Positions 40,087-48,013 of a stretch of 56,751 nucleotides of DNA are shown in pieces. The notes under the pieces are model-generated. The model did no database searches, was not told the origin of the DNA, and saw only the letters and a list, made by a program, of their open reading frames with translations. This stretch comes from Candidatus Saccharimonadota bacterium (lineage in GTDB: Bacteria > Patescibacteriota > Saccharimonadia > JAGOAT01): positions 1-56,751 of the forward strand of contig JAGOAT010000001.1 in assembly GCA_017983775.1 (NCBI GenBank), read 5' to 3'. The first letter of the stretch is position 1. Every line of letters starts with the position of its first letter. Made by a program: the position numbers and the translations under genes.

Positions 40087-41589
40087 ATGCTTACCCTGAC
40101 ATATAGCACTGCCCATATGGGTTTGAATAGTAGAATTATTGACATAGAAACCCATGTCTCGAGTAGGGGTCTGCCCAATATCATTGTAGTTGGACTCGGA
40201 GATAAGGCAATCGAAGAAGCCAGAGAAAGGATCAGCGCTGCAATTCGCAATTCTGGACTCCAGATTCCTCAGAGCCGTATCACGATCAACCTAGCTCCAG
40301 CTGATCTACCCAAGACTGGTTCAAGCTTTGATTTAGCACTAGCTATTGGGATCTTGTCCTGTAGTCAACAAATTACTCCACCCAACAATAAATCTCTATT
40401 CATAGGTGAATTATCCCTGAATGGCAATCTCAGACCGACCAATTCAGTAGTAGCTAGTACTCATCTAGCTATGGAGCAAAAGTTTGATGCCATATATCTA
40501 CCTGCCCAAAATGCTGAGCAAGCCTCCATCATTAACCAGATCAAAATCTATCCGATCACAAGTCTAATCCAGCTCGCTAATCATCTTAATGGTACAGTGC
40601 CAATCAAGCCAATCAGACCCAAGCCACTGAGACTGACAAGAGTAGTTCCAAATCCTGACTTTGCCGAAATCTATGGCCAAAAGGCGGGCAAAAGAGCAAT
40701 GATAGTCGCAATTGCTGGAGGTCACAACATTTTGCTTAATGGCACACCAGGTGCTGGCAAGACAATGCTGGCCAAAGCAGCTAGAGGCATCCTGCCACCA
40801 ATGAATAAATCTGAAATGATGGAAGTCAACAAGATTCATTCTCTGACTCGTGAGCTAAATGACCTAATTAGTGAGAGACCTTTTCGCTCCCCCCACCACA
40901 CCGCTAGCAATATCTCGCTAATCGGCGGGGGCAAGATACCAAAGCCTGGTGAAGTCAGTCTCGCCCACAATGGTATCCTTTTCTTAGATGAGTTACCAGA
41001 ATTCCCCAAAACTGCTCTCGAGGTACTTCGTCAGCCACTGGAAGATGGGTATGTAAGCATCGCTAGAGCTCAAGCAAGCCTGAGCTTTCCGGCTGACTTT
41101 ATCCTGATCGCTACCCAAAACCCTTGTCCTTGTGGCTACTATGGAGATAACCTCAAGGAGTGTATTTGTAACCTTCATCAAATCCAGAGATATCAAAAGA
41201 AGATCTCTGGCCCACTATTGGACAGGATTGATTTATTAGTCAATATTGAGAGAGTACCCCTAGACCAAATGCAAAATCAAACCAATCTAGAGACCTCCGA
41301 AAAACTCAGATCCCAAGTAATCACAGCCCGCAAGCTCCAATCAGATCGCTACAAAGATTGTTCAATCAACCAAAATAGCCAGCTAACCAACAAGCTGATT
41401 AAGCAATTCTGTTCTCTAGATAAAACCTGCCTTGAACTAACCTATCAGGCACAATCGAGACTCAAGCTCACAGGAAGAAGCTATCAGAGGGTTCTTCGGG
41501 TAGCCCGAACAATCGCTGATTTGGATGGTGCTGAAGATATCTCCAGTGATCACCTCCTTGAAGCCCTGAGCTATCGACCAGCTTCTTAG
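40087..41589 (+). CDS. comM: YifB/ComM family Mg-chelatase-like AAA+ ATPase
   Basis: Lon-protease-like N domain (INLAPADLPK.GS.FDLA.A.GIL), Walker A GTPGAGKTMLAK, LFLDELPEF and a Cys cluster C.CGY.......C.C. Confidence 0.9.
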   Translation: MLTLTYSTAHMGLNSRIIDIETHVSSRGLPNIIVVGLGDKAIEEARERISAAIRNSGLQIPQSRITINLAPADLPKTGSSFDLALAIGILSCSQQITPPNNKSLFIGELSLNGNLRPTNSVVASTHLAMEQKFDAIYLPAQNAEQASIINQIKIYPITSLIQLANHLNGTVPIKPIRPKPLRLTRVVPNPDFAEIYGQKAGKRAMIVAIAGGHNILLNGTPGAGKTMLAKAARGILPPMNKSEMMEVNKIHSLTRELNDLISERPFRSPHHTASNISLIGGGKIPKPGEVSLAHNGILFLDELPEFPKTALEVLRQPLEDGYVSIARAQASLSFPADFILIATQNPCPCGYYGDNLKECICNLHQIQRYQKKISGPLLDRIDLLVNIERVPLDQMQNQTNLETSEKLRSQVITARKLQSDRYKDCSINQNSQLTNKLIKQFCSLDKTCLELTYQAQSRLKLTGRSYQRVLRVARTIADLDGAEDISSDHLLEALSYRPAS

Positions 41590-41866
41590 CGAGGCCTGTG
41601 CTGATGAGATCTTCAGCTCCAGACTGCACATTCTGGGCTATAGTTATTGTCTTTTCTCATCTCATCATCTTGACTAACGTTATTATGATATAAACTTGTG
41701 AGGCCAAAACGGATGATTTTTATTCCGTATTGACAAAATGTAACAGCCGCTATGATGTCTAACAGTCCCAAACTAATAGCGGAAGGATTTGTCATCCTCC
41801 GATTGTCCGTAGGCTCCTCTTCTCGTCATCCCCCGAAACCCTCCCCTGTCTCGTCATCCTCCGATT

Positions 41867-41937
41867 GTCCATAGGACAATACGGGGATCCACCTCTACTG
41901 AGATTTGGATAATTAATCGATACGGGATACTGGATCT
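41867..41937 (+). repeat. left copy of the ~71-nt direct repeat flanking the CRISPR-Cas module
   Basis: tgtctcgtcatcctccgattgtccataggacaatacggggatccacctctactgagatttggataattaat. It matches 47494-47566 at roughly 90% identity, by eye. A partial extra copy lies at 41809-41830 and an inverted ctcgtcatc motif at 41981-41995. Confidence 0.85.
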
Positions 41938-42047
41938 CCGATCTTGCCCATCTAGCAACCCGAAGATGACGAGGTGGAGGGCTGGATTTTGGAAGGTGAC
42001 GGAGTGGAGTCAGACCCTAAACTCCACAACCCCATTGAATCTATCAC

Positions 42048-45000
42048 TTAGCGTAATCCTGGATCAAAACCCACTGATGGATAAGTAAGCTGGCTACGGA
42101 TTAGCTCATAAAATGTATCCTGATCCCATTGCTTTTTATCGGATTGTTTCTTGGTGTCTAGATACTCTGATTTTAGTTTTAAATAACCTCGCAATGCTAT
42201 ATTGAGAGCAGCTTGCAAATCTGCATCTGCAATATGTAGACAATCCAAGTATGGACATACAAAGATAGCCGAGTTGGCATTTTGATTGACCCAATCCTTC
42301 GCATCAAGTTCGCTAAAAATCCTATGATAATCCTTATTCTTACCAATAGCGAATTGCATTGCTTGACTATGTATAGGTGGCCTCATAAAAGCATAGATTA
42401 GCTTAAGTTTATTGATCTCCTGACCGCTCACCTGACCAAAATTACCCCCCGTATATGCTAGCAGTTTATTGTTGTCACCAGTGTCAATAGTAGCTAATTC
42501 AGAAAAATCCTCTAGTATTTCAAGCTGATACTGCTCCTTATCTTTGATGTCATATTTGTACCAACGTTTACATTTACCACAAGTCTGACTAGTGCCAGAA
42601 GCAGATACCTCGATTCCTGGCCTTCTTGTCCGTCCCTTTGCAGCTTTACCCCAGTAATGCTCCAGCTTGGCATTGTCCGCACTATTTTGCCCAAAGACAG
42701 ATCCGACTTTGAGTGATTTATAGACTTTGACAATTCGATTTCCACCAGTCTCAAAGGCATTAATATTAAACTCATAGCTAATTCGTGCCTGATACTTCAA
42801 GGCCAAAGCTTCTACTCTAGCTTGATAGCTACTGGCCAATGACTTGCGCAACTCTGCTATATGGGTAGATTGACTAGAAAAAGTTGCAAATCTTTGACGT
42901 TTTTTGAGCTGAGTTACCTGACCGGAGAGAGCCTGGTGTTGATTGTCACGAATAAATCCCTGATCTACAATGACAACATTACCTTCATCACCTACTTCAA
43001 TAACCAACCATGCTAGACCTTTCTCCCCTACATCTACACCAACTATCCGATTGGGGATTTGTTGCTTCTCTAGCCCAAATGCACCCTTTTTGGATTCTTT
43101 GGCCAGGATATTGAAAGGAATACTTGCAAACACCCTCTCCGAACCCTGAATGTTTTCTATATGAAGTCTAGCCTGATCATCCCATCTAATCTTCTTGCGA
43201 GTTTCCGCAATGCTAAAGCCTCCCATAAATGATAATGGATTATGTTTATATTTTGGTTTCTTGATCAACCACCATAAGAATTGTTTCTGATATCTACTAC
43301 CTCCTATACGGTACAGTGCAGAATTCTTTGCTGGCTTATAAGGCTTAGCAACGGGCAAACTACCTGATTTCGGTTTTGGAAATTGTTTGAGATCGTCAAA
43401 GCCACCCTTAAGCTCAGCACCCATCAATCCACCATGTTGCTCTATGTAATATTTTGTACTAGTCACTGGATCTTTTGGATCAAATACTAGCTTGATTTGT
43501 GCTCCATTGACTTCCTGAATAGCAGATCTCTCTATGTATTCTCTCTTTGAGACCAAACTCAACAACCCCTTGAGCTCAGCTAGCAACATTGTCTGCAAGA
43601 AGGTATTTAGGCTGTGATTATTGAGCCTATAGTCCCTAAGAGCTAGGTATATGTCTTGCAGTTTATTAATAGGCTCTACATTGTCTACCTCAAACTGATC
43701 AACCTTACTAATCAATATACTAGATAATATCTTGATCAATTCAATATAGTCTATTGTAGAATCTAGTTGTCTAATGACCGTTACTGGATTCCTAATCTCC
43801 TCTAGGGTCTCTTCTAATATCTCAATTATTGGGAACCTGCTAGCTGGGGTATCTTGATAGCTGATCAATTCCCTCTTTTGCCTAGCAAAAGGTGAATTGT
43901 AAAACACCTTATCTTCGATATTGAGGGTTTCCATATTAAGTCTCAGCTCAACAAGCGCCAATATCTTGAGAGATTTGTGTGATCTCAGCGATACTGCCCA
44001 TTTCCTTAGCCTCTCCAAATCTTTTGCTTGCAAATAAGCATCTGATTGGTATTTGATAATAGGACTAATAGCACTAAGAAGCTTGGTGAATTGACTGATC
44101 AAACCTTGATAATTATCTTTATAATTTACGACTTTGATAAACTTCTCTCGCGCTGACTCTCCAAGCAAGTTTGGTATCCTAGGAAGTTGCTTGGTGAGAT
44201 CTCTAAAATCAGTCTTGAAATCCAAACCCAACCCTGAGTTGGCCTGTAAATGGGCATTTAGGTCTCTCCTAATCCTAGGTAGTAACAATTGAGCACCTTC
44301 TGTCAATAATGGATCAAGGTACTGATCTGCGTGATAGGTATCTAGCAAAGACTGATAGATATTGATCAGATCATTAATACCTATCCCCAAATCAGGGTCT
44401 TGATCAACCAACTTATCTTGATACTTCGTCAGGTTATCTAGGTGTTTGCTGGCTACAGTGACTATCTCCTCTTCTTGCCTCAGCTTATTACTATAAAATG
44501 AACTCATCTTACTAGCGAAATCAACCCGATAGTCACCCCAACTATTAGCTAGCTTGGGCTGGCCAATATTTTTGGCCAACTCAGCTAGTCTTAGCAATCT
44601 AGCTCGCACTATTTCCCTTTCCCGATCTGTGTATTTGAGATACACACTCATGTCATCCAGGTACTGATTGATCACTTCAGCCCCTTGAGAAGCCAGATCA
44701 TTAAAGACTTGATTGAGGAAATTACTGAAACCACTTGCACTATTGGCTAACCCGATCAACTCCTCGATATCTTTTGCATTTAGACGATCTGTCTTGTCTA
44801 CCAAGTCCAAGTGTAACCTCCGAATAATCTGTTCAAACAGCTCAGTCTTACTATCCGCCTCCAGTTCTTCCCAGCTAGGCAAAATCAAAAATGAGATGGA
44901 TTTTCTGGGACTAACGGGTAGTTGTGGGTCTTTGATGCCAAATAATTCTAGCTTGAATAAGGTCTTTTGATTATCCCCAGTAATCTTATTGATTTGCTTG

Positions 45001-45530
45001 GCAAACTGATGAGCTATCTCTAGCAATCTGTCTGAAGGTCTCTCTTGAGCAGAAATTGTAGCATAACGCTTGAGAAAAATCTCTACCAATTCTGTCTCAG
45101 ATCTAGCATTTAATCTACTAGAGGTCAGTATATTTTGCTCCCAACCAGTATAGTTGAGCTCTTGTTTTAGTGCTGGATCTGGAATCTGATTAAATAAGCT
45201 TTCTAGATAAGAATCATTATCTAGAATTATTTCTCCAAGCTTACCCAGTCTAGCTGTCGAGTACATAAAAACTCCGCCCATCGCCAAAGTCTCCAGCCAA
45301 AACTCTAAGATTGAAGACCTCTGAGCTAAATCAATATAATCACTTAATTGCAACCTACCATAAAGTCCTCGGTAGTCACTAGCTATATTCTTAGTCAATG
45401 CTGGTATGTCATCGCCATAGAGTGGAAACTTGATTGTCCGAATTGCGGTACCATTTTCTGCCCAGGACAATCTAGAATCATGCAAGCGATACCCTGTCAA
45501 TAATCTTTGTGATTTGTTGCGTTTTTTCAT
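42048..45530 (-). CDS. cas12d: single large CRISPR effector, RuvC-only (type V; CasY/Cas12d-like)
   Basis: 1160-aa ORF ending 118 nt from the array. RuvC-I is IVGVDVGEKGLAW (D833, nt 43032-43034). RuvC-II is ISYEFNINAFE (E920, nt 42771-42773). The Zn ribbon is CGKC (984-987) plus CPYLDC (1092-1097). RuvC-III is HIADADLQAALNIALRG (D1102/D1104, nt 42219-42227). There is no HNH motif, and the N-terminal ~800 aa have no motif I recognise. The locus has cas1 only, 25-nt repeats and 18-19-nt spacers. Confidence 0.85.
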   Translation of the reverse strand: MKKRNKSQRLLTGYRLHDSRLSWAENGTAIRTIKFPLYGDDIPALTKNIASDYRGLYGRLQLSDYIDLAQRSSILEFWLETLAMGGVFMYSTARLGKLGEIILDNDSYLESLFNQIPDPALKQELNYTGWEQNILTSSRLNARSETELVEIFLKRYATISAQERPSDRLLEIAHQFAKQINKITGDNQKTLFKLELFGIKDPQLPVSPRKSISFLILPSWEELEADSKTELFEQIIRRLHLDLVDKTDRLNAKDIEELIGLANSASGFSNFLNQVFNDLASQGAEVINQYLDDMSVYLKYTDREREIVRARLLRLAELAKNIGQPKLANSWGDYRVDFASKMSSFYSNKLRQEEEIVTVASKHLDNLTKYQDKLVDQDPDLGIGINDLINIYQSLLDTYHADQYLDPLLTEGAQLLLPRIRRDLNAHLQANSGLGLDFKTDFRDLTKQLPRIPNLLGESAREKFIKVVNYKDNYQGLISQFTKLLSAISPIIKYQSDAYLQAKDLERLRKWAVSLRSHKSLKILALVELRLNMETLNIEDKVFYNSPFARQKRELISYQDTPASRFPIIEILEETLEEIRNPVTVIRQLDSTIDYIELIKILSSILISKVDQFEVDNVEPINKLQDIYLALRDYRLNNHSLNTFLQTMLLAELKGLLSLVSKREYIERSAIQEVNGAQIKLVFDPKDPVTSTKYYIEQHGGLMGAELKGGFDDLKQFPKPKSGSLPVAKPYKPAKNSALYRIGGSRYQKQFLWWLIKKPKYKHNPLSFMGGFSIAETRKKIRWDDQARLHIENIQGSERVFASIPFNILAKESKKGAFGLEKQQIPNRIVGVDVGEKGLAWLVIEVGDEGNVVIVDQGFIRDNQHQALSGQVTQLKKRQRFATFSSQSTHIAELRKSLASSYQARVEALALKYQARISYEFNINAFETGGNRIVKVYKSLKVGSVFGQNSADNAKLEHYWGKAAKGRTRRPGIEVSASGTSQTCGKCKRWYKYDIKDKEQYQLEILEDFSELATIDTGDNNKLLAYTGGNFGQVSGQEINKLKLIYAFMRPPIHSQAMQFAIGKNKDYHRIFSELDAKDWVNQNANSAIFVCPYLDCLHIADADLQAALNIALRGYLKLKSEYLDTKKQSDKKQWDQDTFYELIRSQLTYPSVGFDPGLR

Positions 45531-45576
45531 CTTAATTGATACTTAATCTATATGTTATATCTGTAAATCGCGAGAT

Positions 45577-45620
45577 AGTTGGAAAGGCAAGGTAGCGAAT
45601 CAAACGCTACGGAACCAACT
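45577..45620 (-). ncRNA. candidate scout/tracr-like RNA core (stem-loop with a short anti-repeat)
   Basis: Minus strand reads AGUUGG-UUCC-GUAGCG-UUUGAUU-CGCUAC-CUUGCCUUU-CCAACU. The outer 6-bp and inner 6-bp stems are perfect. GCCUUU in the internal loop is complementary to AAAGGC at the spacer-proximal end of the repeat. The transcript ends are unknown. Confidence 0.35.
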
Positions 45621-45647
45621 TTAATTAAAACACTGGGGAGGTGACTA

Positions 45648-46194
45648 ATCTTTTTCCCCATATTTTTCGGGGCTCTCCGCTGCCGCCTCGGCCTTTTTCC
45701 CCATATTTTTCGGGGTGCTTCAGTCCGCTAGGGGCCTTTTTCCCCATATTTTTCGGGGGGCTAAATTACTTGCAGTAGCCTTTTTCCCCATATTTTTCGG
45801 GGCAACAAAAGGATTGGCAGTGCCTTTTTCCCCATATTTTTCGGGGGACATTGCTGTCCCCTCCTGCCTTTTTCCCCATATTTTTCGGGGGCCATGGGGC
45901 AGGTTAGTGCCTTTTTCCCCATATTTTTCGGGGTAGACGCTTACTGGGCGAAGCCTTTTTCCCCATATTTTTCGGGGAGGTCAGTAATAACTTCTTGCCT
46001 TTTTCCCCATATTTTTCGGGGACAGCACGCACGCGTATGTGCCTTTTTCCCCATATTTTTCGGGGTTGTAAATGTAGCTCCTTGCCTTTTTCCCCATATT
46101 TTTCGGGGATGGTAAAATATAGTCAAGCCTTTTTCCCCATATTTTTCGGGGAGCCAGAAAACCTGGATCGCCTTTTTCCCCATATTTTTCGGGG
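45648..46194 (-). CRISPR. CRISPR array with 13 repeats and 12 spacers
   Basis: The plus-strand repeat is GCCTTTTTCCCCATATTTTTCGGGG (25 nt), present as 12 identical copies starting at 45691, 45734, 45778, 45822, 45866, 45909, 45953, 45997, 46041, 46084, 46127 and 46170. A degenerate terminal copy lies at 45648-45672 (ATC in place of GCC). Spacers are 18-19 nt and all unique. The strand is inferred from the degenerate repeat at the left end and the AT-rich leader at the right. The crRNA-sense repeat is CCCCGAAAAATATGGGGAAAAAGGC. Confidence 0.97.
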
Positions 46195-46303
46195 AGATCC
46201 CGCGAATTTACAGATATAAATTTACAAAAAACTATTGTTTTTCTGTTTATATATTAGCAGTAAGTTGATAATTTTCAAGCCAAATTCACGACAATGCATT
46301 ATA
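46195..46303 (-). promoter_or_regulatory. putative CRISPR leader / cas1-array intergenic control region
   Basis: AT-rich sequence next to the non-degenerate end of the array. It contains the right arm of the array-flanking inverted repeat (46197-46219). Confidence 0.4.
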
Positions 46304-47377
46304 ATGGGACAAAATAGTATGAAAATCAAATCCCCAACCAAACAAGCGCATCATAACAAATCTCCCAATAAATCTCGACGTGTACCCGTATGGATTCCTT
46401 ACCCTTCAAGTATCAGCATAGACAGGCAAGCAAAATTGATTACCGAATACAACGGTGGTGATCTCGAAGCTAGCCTAGATGAGATATCTAGCATCATGAT
46501 CTATGGTGAGACAAAAACTAAGATCGAGATATCTACATTAGAAAAGATTGCCCGTAAAGGAATACCCATCATTATCCATAGGCGCAACATGCATCAATCT
46601 ATCATTATTACTGGCTCTGGCAGACCAGACCCTGATGACACCCTAACCAAGCAAATACTATTCCGCACAAACCAACACAAGAGAAACCATATTGCCCGAT
46701 CTTTGCTCAATGCCAAATTTATTTCATCCAGATGTCTAGTATCAGAAACCATCAAACTTGATAAAGATCTAACTCTTGCAGAAATGAGACAGATTGAAGC
46801 CCAATTGGCTAGAGAATATTGGTCAAACTTCTTTGATCAATTATCACCTGATGCTAGTCTTGCTAGAAGGAATAACAACCCATACAGCAAAGCACTGGAT
46901 GCCAGTAGCAAGTTTCTGACTGGAATAATACTACGCTGGGTAAGCTACCATCACCTCTCTCCTTTCCATGGTTTTCTACACGAACCAACTAGCTACCCTG
47001 CATTGATTTATGATTTAATTGAACCCTATCGACCTATATTTGAATATAAGATTCTCCAGAGTTGGCAAAATGTCATCAGTCCAGACCCCTTAAAACTTAC
47101 AGGTATAGCTATTGATACCATAAAAGATAGTCTCAATGAACAAGTCTACGTACCTCTTACTCGGCAAATAGTCACTAGACAGGAGCTACTTCATGGAATA
47201 GTGCTATCACTCAAGCATTATTTGCTAGGTAATCAATCTCGTCTACTGATTCCTCTGGAGGGTAAACCCAACGGAGGAAGACCTCCCAAGGTAAATTTTA
47301 GACTCTATGGTAGGCAAGCTGGCAAGACTGACTTCTGGCAACAAGCCAGCAAGGTAGCAAAAAATTCTCCCACCTGA
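46304..47377 (+). CDS. cas1: CRISPR-associated endonuclease Cas1
   Basis: ...FHGFLHEPTSYPALIYDLIEPYRPIFE... is the Cas1 His / acidic-residue signature (YDLIEPYRP at 47009-47035), with an upstream EAQLAREYW glutamate region. The start is set at ATG 46304 (alternative ATG at 46319). The track ORF begins at TTG 46235. Confidence 0.9.
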   Translation: MGQNSMKIKSPTKQAHHNKSPNKSRRVPVWIPYPSSISIDRQAKLITEYNGGDLEASLDEISSIMIYGETKTKIEISTLEKIARKGIPIIIHRRNMHQSIIITGSGRPDPDDTLTKQILFRTNQHKRNHIARSLLNAKFISSRCLVSETIKLDKDLTLAEMRQIEAQLAREYWSNFFDQLSPDASLARRNNNPYSKALDASSKFLTGIILRWVSYHHLSPFHGFLHEPTSYPALIYDLIEPYRPIFEYKILQSWQNVISPDPLKLTGIAIDTIKDSLNEQVYVPLTRQIVTRQELLHGIVLSLKHYLLGNQSRLLIPLEGKPNGGRPPKVNFRLYGRQAGKTDFWQQASKVAKNSPT

Positions 47378-47493
47378 CTAAATATTTGCTCAAGGCATCG
47401 ACTCTGACCCCTATCAAGATATCACTTTCTTAAAGTAGCTGTTGCTTAGATTTGCGGGATAACCCTTTGCCCTGCTAGTCCTTTGTCTCGTCA

Positions 47494-47566
47494 TCCTCCG
47501 ATTGTCCATAGGACAATACGGGGGATCCACCCCTACTGATATTTGATAATAATTATTTTTGTTTTG
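47494..47566 (+). repeat. right copy of the ~71-nt direct repeat flanking the CRISPR-Cas module
   Basis: tgtctcgtcatcctccgattgtccataggacaatacgggggatccacccctactgatatttgataataattat. Confidence 0.85.
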
Positions 47567-47640
47567 GTTTTTTAATAACACAAAATTTCAGTCAAGTACT
47601 GAAGATGACAGGAAGGTATAAACCCCTCAATAAGCTCCCC

Positions 47641-47994
47641 CTACAAGGTAAAGAATTCGATTGCCTGGCCACCCAGATCAGTCTTCTCTAGAACGAAGTA
47701 GATAGCCAGATAAATCACCCCTACTATCATCACCATCATCAATGACCGTTTAATCTCACGCGTAACATAGTGCAATCTCTGATCAATGTAGACCTTATCA
47801 TGCTCTGCCTTGGCTGATAGTTTAATCTTCCCTGATCCCTGAACAGGTTTGACTCCATCTGTAGACCTACCCTTGGCTATACTCGGCTGAATAGCTTGAT
47901 CAGAATCCTTGGCAATAACCTTAGGTTTATTACTAAGCTTTTGCTTCTTCTTGATGTGAGATTTTGGCATAGCTACATCATAACACAAATCCAT
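47641..47994 (-). CDS. hypothetical basic protein with C-terminal TM helix
   Basis: 117-aa ORF with a Lys-rich N-terminal half and one TM helix. Confidence 0.4.
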   Translation of the reverse strand: MDLCYDVAMPKSHIKKKQKLSNKPKVIAKDSDQAIQPSIAKGRSTDGVKPVQGSGKIKLSAKAEHDKVYIDQRLHYVTREIKRSLMMVMIVGVIYLAIYFVLEKTDLGGQAIEFFTL

Positions 47995-48013
47995 ATGCTA
48001 TGATTAATAGTAC

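Noticed and set aside
41590-42047. Searched for cas2, cas4 or another small cas gene downstream of the effector. Track ORFs 41437..41631 and 41613..41795 are there.
   Set aside because: The region is filled by palindromic repeat copies. The two 60-64-aa ORFs overlap the comM end and the repeats, and have no Cas2-like or Cas4-like motifs (no ferredoxin-fold pattern, no Cys cluster/RecB motif).
42048-45530. Possibility that the large effector is a Cas9 (type II) or Cas13.
   Set aside because: There is no HNH motif between the RuvC segments. RuvC-I lies ~830 aa from the N-terminus rather than at residue ~10. There are no paired R-x4-H HEPN motifs. The architecture is type V.
45673-46169. Self-targeting by spacers, for example against the infC-associated insertion at 54068-56115.
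   Set aside because: I could not find a match by eye, but an exhaustive 18-19-mer search is not feasible manually. No claim is made.
45715-46219. Four ORFs of 73-80 aa (45715..45936, 45894..46115, 45941..46183 on the minus strand, 45995..46219) with repetitive FPHIFRG / PRKIWGK peptides.
   Set aside because: They are translations of the CRISPR repeats. The periodic peptide repeats mirror the 43-44-nt repeat-spacer unit, so they are not genes.
46235-46303. TTG-initiated 23-aa extension of cas1 (MFFCLYISSKLIIFKPNSRQCII).
   Set aside because: The extension is hydrophobic and low-complexity, lies in the AT-rich leader, and has no Cas1 counterpart. ATG 46304 or 46319 is more plausible.
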